A stretch of 51,879 nucleotides of DNA, filler included, from Catajapyx aquilonaris (GCA_000934665.2; 3 parts of 3 records of this genome joined end to end with filler, not necessarily neighbours in it), one strand, 5' to 3'. Positions 1 to 13,139 are shown, numbered from the whole stretch's first letter. Made by a program: numbers and translations. Notes: generated by a model not told the origin, from the letters alone.

Positions 1-303
1 CGTGGGACCAATTTTTCTGACGCATATGCAACCAAACTTGTCAATCGAGTTCAATAATCCTCATACCCCGGGGGTAGATAAGTTGGGGGTCCTCCTGTCG
101 CCTCAAGTGCTCCACCCTTCGGCCCTCCAGGGCGATGTGTGGACCTTCCCAGATGTCATCCAAGTGCACGAGGTCATGGGCCGATGCAGAGAAAGGGAGC
201 AATTAGCAGGAGGACCCCCAACTTATCTACCCCCGGGGTATGAGGATTATTGAACTCGATTGACAAGTTTGGTTGCATATGCGTCAGAAAAATTGGTCCC
301 ACG
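1..303. repeat. Long inverted repeat (arms about 97 bp), probably the centre of a foldback MITE
   Basis: 1-97 is nearly the exact reverse complement of about 207-303. Confidence 0.85.
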
Positions 304-1913
304 CGTACAATGAGAGTGACCGCATTATTAGCAACATCATCATTAACGATCATAATAATAATAATAACACCACCACCACCAACAACAAAAATGGGAAGAA
401 ATAGTAAAAATAGCAATGATTCGCTTCCGCAAGAAGCAAGTCGATTTGTTCCGTCCATTGGCCAGCGCTTCAATGCATTTGCCGGGGAAAATAATGTATA
501 AGTCATATTGAGTGATATTCTCTATGGTATGCATTCCACGATTACGCAGAACACCAGGCATCGTCCGTACCCTTTTAGCCCAAAAACCATCCCAATCTGG
601 TTCCCCCCTGCAGCAAGCAAGACTTGGAGAGTAGGGTTGGTTGGGGTGGGGTGGGGGGGCTCGGTTGCACTACCAACCGCTCCTCATCAGCGAGTTCTCC
701 CAGCCATTTTACTTGTTGCGGGGGTGACGGGATTTTTCTACTTGCGCAAAAACCACCGGCCCAAAAAATCGCGCTTTGGAGGAGTAGCAAGAGGAGGGCT
801 AAGGCCATCGTGGGACGTCGAGATTCTTCCCAAATTCGCATCCTGGGCCTAGATGCCGTGACCCGTTTTTTAAAAACTCTTCCCCTTCTAGATCGCGCAA
901 TTATTATCTGAATTGATCGAGCCTTGGTCGGGAGGCTCAATTGGCTCTTCCTCGCCATGCTGTGACAATTTCAGGTCCGCACCTACAGCGAGACGGCCAC
1001 ACCGGCGGTGCGAACACAACGCTGCACCCGTTCCTCGGCCCAACTTGGCCTCCGCGAGTGGGAAAAATCGTCGTGACCGTGCGCCCTTAAGAACTAACCA
1101 GGAATGCCCTGGCAGCACTACATACTGGACCTGATTCTAATTGCTAACTTAACCCTTGGAGGCCTACGTGCATCACATGATAATCTGCAGGTTTTTGAAC
1201 TGGGCGTGGCCGAGTTTCGGCAGAAATGGCGCAGTTTGAGGCTCAAACTGCTCCTACCACCTCGTGGAAGGGGGTTCAACTACCATGGCGTATGCTAATC
1301 AGTTTTTCCGCCTCCCAGAGTGAGCTAAACATACCCCTTCCCGCGGCGTCAGAACAGGGTGGCCCGTAAGTCTCTCAGGAATTTCTCATAGTACAGTGTT
1401 TTAGTATTATTTTGTAACCATATAGTAACAATAATATTTTAGAGTGACTTTAAAATTTTAAATAAATTTAATTACATAAAGTTAATCGCACTTAAATTTT
1501 TTTTTTCTGGAAAACCCTGTAGATGAATATTTTCGGCATTTTACATTCAAAAGGACCACCACAAGTTAAAATAATAAATATTGGAGCATACTGTTTTTCA
1601 TTAATATCACTCCTGCTACAAATTTTCATTGAGAAAAGAAAAAAAAGGCAAAAAAAAAAACTCCGGCATCAAAGGGTTCAAGTGTCATGTAATGAAAGTG
1701 ACAGTTACAAACATTGGTTCCAGAGCAGACCAATGAAACAAATTCCCAAATCCCAAAATAATTACTCACAGAAAATGGGCATGAAAAAATTTGTATAGTT
1801 TATTCCAGTTGGTGGTGTAAATAAACCAATAATAATAATAATCAGTTGACTCAATCTTTCTTAATGCCTCTTTAAATATATGCAAAACCTGACCCTACTC
1901 CTGCAACACCCAC

Positions 1914-2105
1914 CTTAACCCTGGGAGTCGAGACACGCAGCTCCACAGTTTCCTCCCGTGTTCTCTCATTTGGATTGTACAGTACAACTCTCTGGGGACC
2001 CATTCCTTCTCCAAGTAAAATTGTTGCCTTTTTTGCTGGTGTCATATAATCACTGCGGTGCTCATCCAAGTCAAAGTAAATAGTTTCTTTAGCAGCATAC
2101 TTGTC
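1914..2105 (-). CDS. alpha-mannosidase II coding exon 12
   Basis: [17 protein letters not shown]...[26 protein letters not shown]|gtgggt. Confidence 0.88.
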
Positions 2106-2357
2106 CTGTAAGCACAAAATTCTCAATTCACAGAGGCAGGAACCAGAGAATACTGCATGCAGTAACCTTTGTAGGAGATGTCAAGTAATGTGCACACTGT
2201 TGTATGACATGCTGAAGCTTCCCAATGCTGAGCATCATCCTATAATTTTCAAATTACAAGTTATATGATACATTAATAATTGACGCGCCCCCGAAACAGG
2301 GCTTGAGACCTGAGCACGGGGTATGAAAATTAAAAAATTTAAAAAATAAAAAATAAA

Positions 2358-2408
<51 letters not shown>

Positions 2409-3320
2409 TGACATGATGCCTTACCTATTAGCATAGTCAATCATCACATGATCCTTTGCAGTGCCTGTGATTCCATCATGATGCTGAAATAAGCCAAGGT
2501 TCCTCCGAGCTTTGACCACATGGCTTGCAAGTCCTTCAATCACAGAAGGCACCTCTGAAGAATGCCGTGCAATTTCTGCTACAGTGATTGAGTACAAGAT
2601 CTCGGCAGCTCTGTAAATGGAATGAATGATCCAATACTACCATTTTCGTGCCTTTCAATAGAGGAAGTCTTTGTTATAGGGGAAGCAAAGTGGTACAGCA
2701 ATGATACTTGTTCCCATGGATTGAAAGCTCCTGATTCGATCTTAGGTACAGATTTCTATATCTTATTCATGCAGAATCTCTTTCGATACATTTTAGGTAG
2801 GGTTTATGGTAGACTAAGGCCCTCATCAAAGATGCGAAGAATCTCCCATGATTCGAGAGGGGACAGGCTGACACTACATGTAAGAAATCTCATGCTGTCG
2901 AATCCAAGCCAGTTGCCAAACGAAGCATGGGGCTTGGCGGTGAAAAGGGTGTGGGCAAAATTCCGCAGGAAAATAGCTGCTGTTCAATTTTCAGGAAAGT
3001 TGTTGGAAGAAGTTAGTCACAAGTGTGTTTTTGTAACAGGTATCATACTTCCAGGTTATTTGTTGCATGTGTAACCAGGACCAAACTATATCTAGGGGAC
3101 CTCACTAAAAAGACCAGTGCTGAGAATGCAGTTTCATCTCCACCTCCCCTCTAGGTTTACCCTTCCTCTATTGCACTACCCAGAGATTATGCAAAGATTT
3201 TAAATTATATGAAAGGCAATCACGGTGTTGTGTCTGCATCCCCAAAAAGGGTGGTGAACTCTAGTCCTCATTAAATGTAACAGTAGCAATATTGTAACCA
3301 TTTTTGCCACATTACCCTGA

Positions 3321-3387
<67 letters not shown>

Positions 3388-6300
3388 GATCCCCCGGGAT
3401 AGGCTTCCGTGGGCCTTTTAGGGGATCATCTTTTAATTCATCGACTTTAATCATTGCCTGCGCTGCGATGGACTTTGATTGTGGGAGGAAATGGGAGAGC
3501 CCCGAGAAAACCCACGCAAACACGGAGAGAACCCTTTGAAACCCTATCCACATTAGTATCCTCTGTCCGATCCGGGGATCGAACTTTGGACCTTAGAGGT
3601 GGAAGGCTGTGGCGTTAACCACTAGACCACCGCGTCGCACATATTACCCTGAAATAGTGGCATGCTGGTCTCAAACACCACCTACTATCCACCTACTTTC
3701 CCCCATCTTGGAAGAAATTGTGATTTCCATTTGATAGACAAGGTCATTAAAATATGAAAAAAAGGAAAAAAAAGCCAAGGTCATAGCAAACTGCCAAAGA
3801 GGTTTCTCCTGGCATATTTTACACAAAACGAAGGTGGTACTGCTGTCGTGTTATGAGACATTGACAGAAGGTGATTTGATCATATGACTGAGTGGCATGT
3901 GTGCTTGTGCAGGACCCCCCAACCCCTGTAATTAAAGTGTTGGGGAATAATACCTCAAGTATCCTTCCAGAACCCGGTCCATGCCCTTGTAGAAGGGCCT
4001 TGAAGTGAAGTATCCACTCCAATAATCCTCATTTCGATCAGCATAAGTAAAAAAGTCCCCAGAGAGGCTGGGAAAGCTGTTCATATTTTCTACAGCGGAG
4101 GCATGCACCTCTTTCCTTAAGGCATTAAAGTAGTCAGCCAAGGTGCCAAACTGAGCCTGGAAAAAATTCAACATAGAAATGTGGTCTTCTACATGTAACC
4201 AACAAGTTCAAACCTCAACATGAAACTCTTCATGCTGATTCATGAAGTCAAAGAGTTTTTGGTAATTCTTAAACTGCTGATCCCATTCTGAGGCTTGATC
4301 GTAACGAAAATCATCTCCAAGCTGCACCATGAGGACATTAGTTCTGTAGAGCTGAGCCTTTTTGCGATATTGATCTAGCAGAAGTGATGATCTGAAAAAA
4401 ATTTATTTCAGTTTCACTTAACCAATATGTAATATGTAAAACTTACCTCTCTCTCACATTGTGATCATTGATTGGCTGTGGTGGAACCTTCCAAGGACAA
4501 CTTATTCTTCCCCGAGGAAGGCGTTTGAAGTCAAACTGACAGCACACTTTCGGATCAGGACCACATGTGTGAGGCACATCATAACTATAAAATGGCATCA
4601 TGTGGCAAAACATGTCAGTTGAGTCAGAATGATCTGGGAGAGAAAAGAAGAAAGAAAGACTATAAATGACTCAATATAAAGTTAGCATGTATTTGAGAAC
4701 TTTCAAGTTACCCCAAATCTGACGCCATCGGAACTCCAAGCTTTTCTTCAGTGCCAACTGCTTCTTGACAGAGTAATGCACTCTCTGAATTACCATGTTT
4801 TCAAGACCCATACGCTTCAGCAGATATGCCATTGTAGGGGACATTCCGAATGGATCAATAGACCAACCATTGCTGAAAATAAAAAAAATTAACAGCAAGG
4901 ACTCCCTAAATATATATAATAACTACTACAGTAGAGCGTCGATTATCCAAATACCGATCAACCGAAACGTCGGTTAACCGAAAGTGTTCGAGCCTGCAAA
5001 GTCAAATTTGCACGCCATGTAGTTCCGCTTTTAAACCGGTTTTCCACGTTTTTCCAGACGTTTTTAACACGTTTTAAAAACGTGTGGTACAAAATATACA
5101 GTTTTGTGTTTAATATCACCGTTTCTTTGTTTCATATTGCTCCTATATGACACTGGTAGGGGAGGCGGAGTGGTGCTGGGGTAACGTATGCGCCCACGGA
5201 TGCTAAGGTCCCGGGTTCGATCCCAGCCTGGGGACACCCCCTTCATCTCGTGCAGAGTTCAGGGTCACCTCTGGCTTCGTCTCGGGTGGTATTTCCAACA
5301 GACTAAACCACCCGGGGGAGTTCACTAAAAATGGCCACGTTAAAGACATTGCACTGCACCTTGCACATCCCCTCCTGTCATCCTGCCTGTGGGCCCGGGC
5401 ATTTCAAAAACATGGTCTATGTACTACAAGTTACAATAAAGGTCCGTGCCGCATACCCTATATAGGGTCAGGCACTACCCAAGAATTAAATTATATGACA
5501 ACGGTACAATTTTTTCCGTAAATGATCGGTTATCCCAAAAATCAGTTATCCGTACATCCCCAGTCCCCAATTGTTTCGGATAATCGACGGTCTACTGTAG
5601 TTGCAATCATTATCCAGTAATGCTTTTATACAATACATATGGTAAGTAAATCTCATATTCCATCACCAAAATGCTCTGTGACTTTTTGGCTGGAAGACAT
5701 CAGAATGTACTATCAGGTTCAAATACTTTTGGCCACTCTATCCTGGTCTTGAAGCAACCCTTCGCACAGACCCCATGTTAAGGAGGTGTGTGTGTGTGCA
5801 AAGGGTTGCTTCAAGACCAGGATAAAGTGGCCAAAAGTATTTGAACCCGATAGTACATAGCAGAGATTAAGCTTTGCGTCTGTCCCCATTACTAGAAATA
5901 TCCTGCTGGGCTCACCTACTGCCATAACAGTCCAGTGATCTACTCAGCTGGATATTTTAAAATAATCTACATGGGCATTTCCTTGGGAATTTCACTAGGG
6001 CTTAAATGCTGTGTACAGTGTACTTGACACTGGTGTCTCCCAGCAGCCACGAAAGGATGTTGAGCATTTGGTGCTGAAAAAAATAGGTCAAAGAATCAAT
6101 CACTTTACCCTGTATTTTCTATTACAAAGTTGCTCAGTAATTTGACATCCTCCTGAGACGGAGAAAATTTTTGTAACACAACGTCAGTTCCTGTTGCATT
6201 TTCTTAACATACAGTCAAACTTCTATAAGTCAAACTTCCCTAGGTCGAAGTACTCTATAAGTCGAGGAAAATGTTGAACTTGGTTGGTCAAAATGTAAAA

Positions 6301-9300
6301 TAATAGGAAATAAACTTCCTTAACTCGAATTTCCATAACTCGAAGTGCTGGCAGGGCCTTATGATGGGATATTGATGCATTTTCAGTCTCCCTAAGTCGA
6401 AGTTCATGTTGGTGGGTACAGAAAATTTTCTCATTTCCCAGCCAAAGGGTCGAGAGTAGGCCACATGTACAGAAAGGATCAATTTCCTGATCTCCGTCTA
6501 CCAGATGTACCGAAAGAAGTGTTTGACTCGATTGTGACAATTGAATCCTTGAATCTAAGAGTAGGCAAATGTCCATAACAGAGTTTTTTTTACACCAAAA
6601 CAACGAGGAACATTGTAAGTGTGATAGTGACAGTTATTTTTAAGTTTTGAACACCTTTCGTCTCTGGATATAAAGGTAGGGTTCCTTATGGAGTTATGCG
6701 CTTTAAAAAATCTAAACTTCTCTAACTCGAATCTTCTATAACTCGAAGTTTTTTCCCAGTCCCATGGAGATTCGACTTATAGAAGTTTTATTGTATTGTC
6801 AATAAGAAACGAGAAAAAATTATAGTTCTAAAATATTGACCAAAATAACGACAAAAAACAATGTCCTATTAGGAAGTGGCAGCACGGATGAATGCTGAAG
6901 TTAAATGCCACTTACTGGAACACTCACATAGAGCTCTATCCTCCAAACATGTTTTTTACATTCAATTGTGGAATTCGTGTAGTAATTCATCTCAGAAGAC
7001 AATTAAGATAAATATGAAATTATTTTTCAAGGCCAAATCTTCAGGCAAGGGGATTGCTCCTTCCCTTTTTACCTCCTACCATATTACCTCACTTAAAGCA
7101 GCATGCCGATGTAGTCGAGGTCAGCCAGATTTGAGAAATGCACGATCAGGTGGCTATACCGGCATGCCTGTCTAAGGGAGGTATAAGGCGAGGTTTTCTT
7201 AAGCACAGCATTATGACGATTTCTGTGAAGATTATTACTCCTCAAATGAATGCATTACACAATGTTCTACAGTGCGGATACAGTCCAGGACACTTCTACT
7301 GTCTGGCACATCTCATGCGATTGTTCGTTAAATTAAAATTTCACTGCAACATTTTCAATTAACCTGTTGAGCACAAAGTTTCTTGTTGTTCTTGTGGCTT
7401 TTTTATTTTTTATTTTTGGTCCAAAATTCGATGTAGGAGTGATATTAATAAATAAAACTTCGCGCCAAAATTAATCATTTTAATTCGTGGTGGTCCTTTT
7501 GAATGTAAAGTGCCAGAAAAAAATCATCTACAGGGTGTTCCAGAAATCTGTCATATTAAAATCCTTGTGGTGATTGACCGAGCACTCTGATTGGTCCGCC
7601 GCATATTGTTACCGCCACCTCCCCATTGGCCTGCATTCTACTTATGTGCAATGGGGTGTAAACAACTCCTCTGTTGGGCTGCCAGGGAAACTGTCCATTC
7701 CTTCTCTTTATTTTTGCCCAGTTGGCGCTACTGTGAAGTTGTTTACAGAGTCAGTTCCCTTTATGGAACAACAGACACAGGACATACATGTTCTCACTAA
7801 TCGGGGCGTTCGAAGACTGCTGGAGGGCTAACGTTACACCTTACCCCGGCGATATGGTGCACCGAATAGGTACCCCAGGCCACGGGCCTAGAAAAGAGCG
7901 AGCGAAGCGAGTGGTTTTCTAGGCCTGCGCCCTAGGAAAATGTGAGCGGAGCGAGGGTTTTCCTAGTAATTTTTTAAGAAAATAATGTTGCACCTGCACC
8001 TCCTCCCCACCTGCGTCTCCTCCCCAAAAATCCCTATCCCTACCCTACGTCCTCAAGTCCTTGCATGGAGATCAAAGAAAAATGAGAAAATGGATTAAAA
8101 TGGTGGTACTCCACCCCCCCCCCCCCCTAAAAGGGCTCAGTTCCCTCTCACAGGGTTAAATAAATAAATAAAGATTGTGGGAGGAAATGAGAGAACCCTA
8201 AGAACACCCATGCAAATACTGAGAACTCATCAAAACTCTTTCCACATGAAAAATTATTCTGCCCAATTTTGGGACTGAATGCAAGACCTCAGAGGTGGAA
8301 TGCTGTGGCTCAAACCACTACATCATTGTACCATCTGAGAGTTGTGATCAACTGCTAGAAGCAACTAATACTTTCTACATATGAGAAAGCAGCAAAATCA
8401 GCAGAATTTCTACAAGGTGTTTACCTTCCTCATTGGAACACCTTATATTTCTGAAAAATCAGGGTAAAGAGCATGCCAAGATAATGCAAACATTCCAAAA
8501 TGTGGTGATGTTAGTTGAAGCAACTCCTTGCCTTCCACAAAGTGATAACTAGCTTTGGAGTTATCAGAAACCATGAATTGAATGGATCAAGTCAGCCCCC
8601 TGACACACCTACGATATGGTAGTTTAATATAAAAGTCTCCGCCAGACCTGGATTTTGGAGCTGGCATGTCTCCACAGAGATCTACCGCTGCCAGCCATCC
8701 GAATCCTAGTCTGCAAACACCCTCCGAGGAAAGGACGGTTTGGGTTGGTTCCGAAGGTGGCCAACCCGAACTGACCCCCCAGGAGATTCCTGTGGGGGTG
8801 CGCTAGCACCAAATTCCCCGCATAGCAGAGACTTATACATTAAACAACCTTCAACACAGGGCTAGGCTGGATGTGTCAGGGGGCTGGATTAAGTATTTAA
8901 CGTGCATCGTCATTGATTACTTCAACAGGTTTGCAAATGTTAAAGCTCATATGAAGTTCACCATATGGCTTATCAGAAATACCAGCTCACACATTTCGAT
9001 GGTGTTCAAACATAACTACTGTATCATGCCTTACAAATAAGTTACTCACTTGGGTTTGTAATTCAGGTGATGGGCCAACCATTGGTGACCTTCAATGAAC
9101 TGCTCCAGAAGAGCATAGTAGTGAGTATTGGCTTCATCAGGCATCACCCACCCTCCGGTGACAATTTCTAGCTGCTTGTTATTCACCAGCCTAAATAAAG
9201 ATATCTAAGTAGTGGTTAAAACAGGAACTCCTGTACAATAATCATTAGGATTGTTCTTGACCCACAGAAACAATTTCCCACTTTCTGGCAAATGTAATGG

Positions 9301-10277
9301 TAATGGTAATGAACAGGTAATTTCAATTGTATCTGAGGAATTAACCAAAAACTGCTCATACTTTTTCACAGCTTCCTTGATATCAGGTGGAATTTCGCTC
9401 CACCACATTGCAAAGTAAGATATCTCTGCCCATATAAATTTGCGTGTTGTGTCTTCACCCAACTTTTTCACCATGTTGTTTAAAATCAGTCGCGTCTGAT
9501 CTTGATAATACTTTTCAAATGTCTTCACCCACCCTGAAAGAAAAATTCAACATTAAAAAACCTATTTGGGTAACCACACAACAAGTACATCAAAACTGCA
9601 GCAGTTAACACCTGGATCATTGTGTGAATGAGGCACAAGAAACACTTTGAGCTTGTTGTTCTCATTCCATTGTCGTGGATCATAAGTAACATTCCATCCT
9701 TGCTTCCATACACCACCATCAGGATTGTCAAACTTCATTTCTTTGTACATTTCCAACATCTGTCAAAAGATAAAAAAAGGTGATCAGAGATGGTTCAAAC
9801 CGAGGTTCAAACTGGCACATTACAAAACAAACCTGTACGTCAGGTGTGGAAGGGCGCTGATGAGCAAATGTACAGTCATCTTCTGCAATCCCAACAACTA
9901 TGTCCTGCCAGGGTCTTTTACCAGGCTTGTTGACTGGTCCTGAACCTTTCTCACCTGTATCCTGAAGGACATCCCTCAAAGTCTGCTTGATAGCATGCAA
10001 AGTCTTTTGGTTCTGGTGTATTTCTTCTTCCAACTGTTTCACCCGAACTTCCAAGTGGGTTAGTTCATTCTAAAAGGCACAGTTAAACCATTGACTGTAA
10101 AATACCACAAAAAAGGGCAAAATATTCACTTACCTTTTCTAGCTCCTTTTTAAATGGTGCAACCATAGGGTTACCCAATGAATCCAGCATAGAGTACAAG
10201 ACAAAGCAAGCAGCCAGTACAAATGATGCCCCCAGAAGAGCAGTTGTGCTCCGAAGAAAACGTGTTCGTGATCTCAT
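1914..10277 (-). CDS. alpha-Man-IIa: Golgi alpha-mannosidase II (GH38), spliced, 3' end lies outside the window
   Basis: Coding exons reconstructed by eye with GT-AG ends and consistent phases: 10277-10134, 10069-9833, 9759-9612, 9533-9362, 9190-9050, 4872-4712, 4633-4447, 4391-4214, 4156-3954, 2610-2425, 2239-2167, 2105-1914 (2022 nt, 674 codons). N-terminal type II membrane anchor and coiled stem, then GH38 motifs [99 protein letters not shown]. The exact paralogue assignment (IIa vs IIb / MAN2A1 vs MAN2A2) is less certain than the family. Confidence 0.95.
2167..2239 (-). CDS. alpha-mannosidase II coding exon 11
   Basis: [24 protein letters not shown]; phase 2/0 fits both neighbours. Confidence 0.85.
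2285..2401 (+). mobile_element. 5'-truncated retroposon 3' end with (AAT)n tail
   Basis: TSD taataattgac at 2274-2284 and 2402-2412; ends CCCC...CACGGGGTAT plus A/AAT tail. Confidence 0.7.
2425..2610 (-). CDS. alpha-mannosidase II coding exon 10
   Basis: AAEILYS...[28 protein letters not shown]. Confidence 0.95.
3325..3642 (-). mobile_element. tRNA-derived SINE, family A (V-domain-like core)
   Basis: A box GGTGGTCTAGTGG, B box GTTCGATCC, core GCGTGGGTTTTCTCGGGGCTCTCCCATTTCCTCCCACA, (ATT)n tail, TSD attaccctgaaata at 3311-3324 and 3643-3656. Confidence 0.9.
3954..4156 (-). CDS. alpha-mannosidase II coding exon 9
   Basis: [10 protein letters not shown]...[37 protein letters not shown]. Confidence 0.95.
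4214..4391 (-). CDS. alpha-mannosidase II coding exon 8
   Basis: [28 protein letters not shown]...[17 protein letters not shown]. Confidence 0.95.
4447..4633 (-). CDS. alpha-mannosidase II coding exon 7
   Basis: [33 protein letters not shown]...[10 protein letters not shown]. Confidence 0.95.
4712..4872 (-). CDS. alpha-mannosidase II coding exon 6 (catalytic nucleophile, IDPFG)
   Basis: [37 protein letters not shown]...LEFRWRQIW. Confidence 0.95.
4929..5597. mobile_element. pogo/Tigger-like MITE containing a SINE
   Basis: TA|CAGTAGAGCGTCGATTATCC ... GGATAATCGACGGTCTACTG|TA. Confidence 0.8.
5158..5490 (+). mobile_element. tRNA-derived SINE, family C
   Basis: B box GGTTCGATCCC; similar along its length to 22683-23038; short TSD tatatgaca. 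Confidence 0.85.
6212..6793. mobile_element. pogo/Tigger-like MITE
   Basis: TA|CAGTCAAACTTCTATAAGTC ... GACTTATAGAAGTTTTATTG|TA with subterminal TATAAGTCGAA-like repeats. Confidence 0.8.
7082..7205 (+). mobile_element. Left end of the MITE family also seen at 21564-22578
   Basis: tattacctcac...aaatgcacgatc.ggtgg.tataccggcatgcc matches 21564-21680. Confidence 0.75.
7562..7966 (+). mobile_element. Non-autonomous Helitron-like element with two tandem 3' hairpin/CTAG ends
   Basis: ctagaaaa-gagcgagcgaagcgagtgg-ttttctag followed by ctaggaaaa...gagcggagcgagggttttcCTAG|T; 5' boundary approximate. Confidence 0.55.
7986..8335. mobile_element. Degenerate SINE B 3' half (+) joined tail-to-tail with a degenerate SINE A (-)
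   Basis: 7986-8170 matches the family B 3' part with TAAA tail; 8172-8335 matches family A head and core in reverse. Confidence 0.65.
8596..8886. mobile_element. Small TIR element
   Basis: cagccccctgacac ... gtgtcagggggctg inverted ends. Confidence 0.55.
9050..9190 (-). CDS. alpha-mannosidase II coding exon 5
   Basis: [38 protein letters not shown], donor GTGAGT; not in the ORF track. Confidence 0.95.
9362..9533 (-). CDS. alpha-mannosidase II coding exon 4
   Basis: [18 protein letters not shown]...[15 protein letters not shown]. Confidence 0.95.
9612..9759 (-). CDS. alpha-mannosidase II coding exon 3
   Basis: [22 protein letters not shown]...[11 protein letters not shown], containing zinc-ligand motif. 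Confidence 0.95.
9833..10069 (-). CDS. alpha-mannosidase II coding exon 2 (stem region)
   Basis: ttttag|[21 protein letters not shown]...TPDVQ|gt, phase 0/0. Confidence 0.85.
10134..10277 (-). CDS. alpha-mannosidase II coding exon 1 (cytoplasmic tail and TM anchor)
   Basis: [32 protein letters not shown]...ELEK, donor GTAAGT. An acceptor (ctattccag) about 19 nt upstream of the ATG implies a 5' UTR intron. Confidence 0.85.
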
Positions 10278-10518
10278 GATTTAACATGCGCAGCACCTGG
10301 AATAGAGTTCTCTATGTAGGTCAATTGCCAGAACTGTACTAGTTACTTATTGACTGACCACCAATGTTGTGTGTCAAGACTTATAAATAATTCACAATTT
10401 TTCTGATGCAGTTCTACACCTGAGGTATGCCTGTATTGCATTGTGTACCAAGTCACCCTGATGTTTATAAGGATAATTTTAGATTCAAATGCATTGAGCA
10501 TTGCTACTTTAGAACATA

Positions 10519-10862
10519 TGGGAGGCGTGGTGGCCGAGTTGGTAACGACTCGGCTTGCTGAGCAGAAGGTCCCGGGTCCGATCCCCGCCTGGGAGTTCCC
10601 TTTCGCCTGCGTCAGGAGGGTTGCTGACCCACGCCTTGGAAGCGTCTGGCAACCTAACCTCCAGGGAGACTGCACATGACCCAGTTTCAGGCATTGCACT
10701 AGCACCCATATCTCCTCCTCAAAAAATCCCCATCCATACCCCATGTCCTTTCTTCTTTGCATGGAGTTTAAGAAAATTACAAGAAAATTGAAAATATGGC
10801 AGTGTTCCACGCCCCTAAAAGAGCGCTGACCTCTCAATGGGGTAAATAAATAAATACATACA
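10519..10862 (+). mobile_element. tRNA-derived SINE, family B
   Basis: A box TGGCCGAGTTGG, B-box-like GGTCCGATCC, TAAA tail, TSD tactttagaacata at 10505-10518 and 10863-10876. Confidence 0.9.
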
Positions 10863-10900
10863 TACTTTAGAACATAATTTAGCTGGTCAAGACCTTAAGG

Positions 10901-11153
10901 CAGTGCTTCCCAATTTCTTTCGTTGGCAACCCCTAAAAATCATCTTGTAAAATTTGCAACCCCCTATATGTGCACATTTCAATCCGCCAACATGAAAAGA
11001 CAGGTAAACAGTGAAATGACCTTACCTTACGGTCATGATTTTCAAGAAAGATAGCATCATTCTGTGAAAATAATTTGTTACCCTCCCTTGCGACCCCAAA
11101 TAATATTTTCGCGACCCCAAATGGGGTCGTGACCCACAATTTGGGAAGCACTG
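10901..11153. mobile_element. hAT (Charlie-like) MITE
   Basis: TIR CAGTGCTTCCCAA / TTGGGAAGCACTG, 8-bp TSD ccttaagg. Confidence 0.9.
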
Positions 11154-11373
11154 CCTTAAGGCCATTCAGCTGTAGTTATGGTTTAGTGATTATGTCATAG
11201 ATGACAAAATACATTCTCAATTTTTTTCGGATAATTTTAGGTAATACATCAGATCAAAGTTTCACTAATAGTCATAACAACTCGAGAAAAACTGTCACAA
11301 ACATTACACAATTGGTGTCACAAAAATAATATCTCAATTTTGAACAGTGTAAGTGGCCAATGTGACATTATTG

Positions 11374-11478
11374 CAGTGGCTCCCAAAAATTTTAGTAATT
11401 TTTTATTTTATAAAAATTACCGCGGCCACGCACGACCCCCCGGAAAAGGCTTCGCGACCCTCAGATTGGGAACCGCTG
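11374..11478. mobile_element. hAT (Charlie-like) MITE, 105 bp
   Basis: TIR CAGTGGCTCCCAA / TTGGGAACCGCTG, 8-bp TSD cattattg. Confidence 0.85.
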
Positions 11479-13139
11479 CATTATTGTAATGAATATACTT
11501 TTTTCTTCCCTGCAAATTACAAATGGCAATAAGTATGGAAAATATGGTGCAGACAGTGGCATGGCCACACTTTACATTGCAAGTAAGAAGTATTTATTCT
11601 ACAAAATCCACCATAATTGACATGGCAATTATGCATTTAATATAATTATGTTGTAACCGAAGCAGTTTGGAGGAGGAGATATGGTGTCCAACTGCTAATC
11701 GGGAAGTCCTGGGATCAAATCCTGGGGCCGGCAACTCTGACTCGTGACTCTGAAACACCCTGTATATTGAGGAATGTTTGAGTTTCCATTCGGAAGAATC
11801 ACCCTCTATTATTGCCTGACCTGTACCCATGACCCACAAAACAATTATCTGATAAAGGATTTTGGAGCACTATTAAGTTTTACAAGTGCCAGAAAAATTA
11901 ACTTACTTCACAGGTTCAATGCTTTTGTCTTTTACTATAATATCAATTAATGTGATCACCATAACACTTCACATTTAAATTTTACAGTTTAGTCATGCTA
12001 AAATAAATGACTCTGTTCCAGTGCAAGGGTTACTAAATTATTATTAAACCTGCTCCAATTAACAATTTTTTCCTACCTACTACATGCACACAGCAGTATT
12101 AAAGTATGGGTAATTCACACTCAATCAGACTAGGGTCAGGTAAATATTATTCCACTGAACTGCACTGTTAACTGTAGCTATGAAACTCTGCTTGTTGTTA
12201 CTCTGACGGCACAAGATAAAACCCCTGTATCTTCGAAAATCACGTAATTGGAGTTAAATACACCATTGCACTCCTCTTTGCAAGCCACACACATTTTGAT
12301 ACAAAGCCCGTAACTATAGGAGGAACCCTCGCAAAGTTATGGCCGATTGAAATCATGCACTTCCAAATAAGATAATGGAAACAAAAAACTTCAAACACGA
12401 ATATCTCGAAATGACAAAAAGCCGAGATTCAGGGTTTTGACTTGGGTCGTCAGTACTGGAACATGTCATTCTGGGACCACACCATTATGTGGCAAATTAG
12501 GTTTGTGTTTGGAGAAAGCTCTGATCATGCATTTCATTATTAATTGCTGAGTAAACAATGAATAAGAATAAAAAGCATGAGCTGATCACAACAGTTTTGT
12601 CAACAACACCCAAATATTCAAGGAACATAATTTCTCCACAATGCCCTTGCAATGTGAATGTCCACCGAAGGTTCATACTTCTCATTTATTTAAATTGAAA
12701 AACCAGTATGTTAATTTTTTAAACATACCTGTGTATTGCTAATTTACTGAATTTGTCTTGTTACCTACTGTTACATAAGTCGGTCAATTTTAACATATTT
12801 GCTTGACATTTACGAGACATTGAAAAATTGACAAAAATCCCATGTCCAGAGATGAACATTTACTGAACAATCATGTGTTTCCGGCGTTTGTACTCTGTGA
12901 ATGGTTTTAATTTGTGCTGGATTGTCACAACTTAAGATGGAGATAATGGCCTATCATTCAGAAAAAAATAACAATTCATTACATTTCCATGCTTCGACTT
13001 GCTGTCGATTGCCTGAAAGCGCAGAGGAAACTGATGTCACAAGGCGACTTCCCTTCGCAAGTCGTCGGTGACTTATGAATACACTGTTATTTTGTGCGCC
13101 ATTGAATGTTACACAGTGCAATCCATGTACTTCAAACAA

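Noticed and set aside
2622..3074. 150-aa plus-strand ORF
   Set aside because: Antisense within a mannosidase intron with no recognisable motif
3200..3553. ORFs with poly-Leu or poly-Ile membrane-like runs (also 22901-23095 and 30208-30675)
   Set aside because: Translations of (AAT/ATT)n SINE tails
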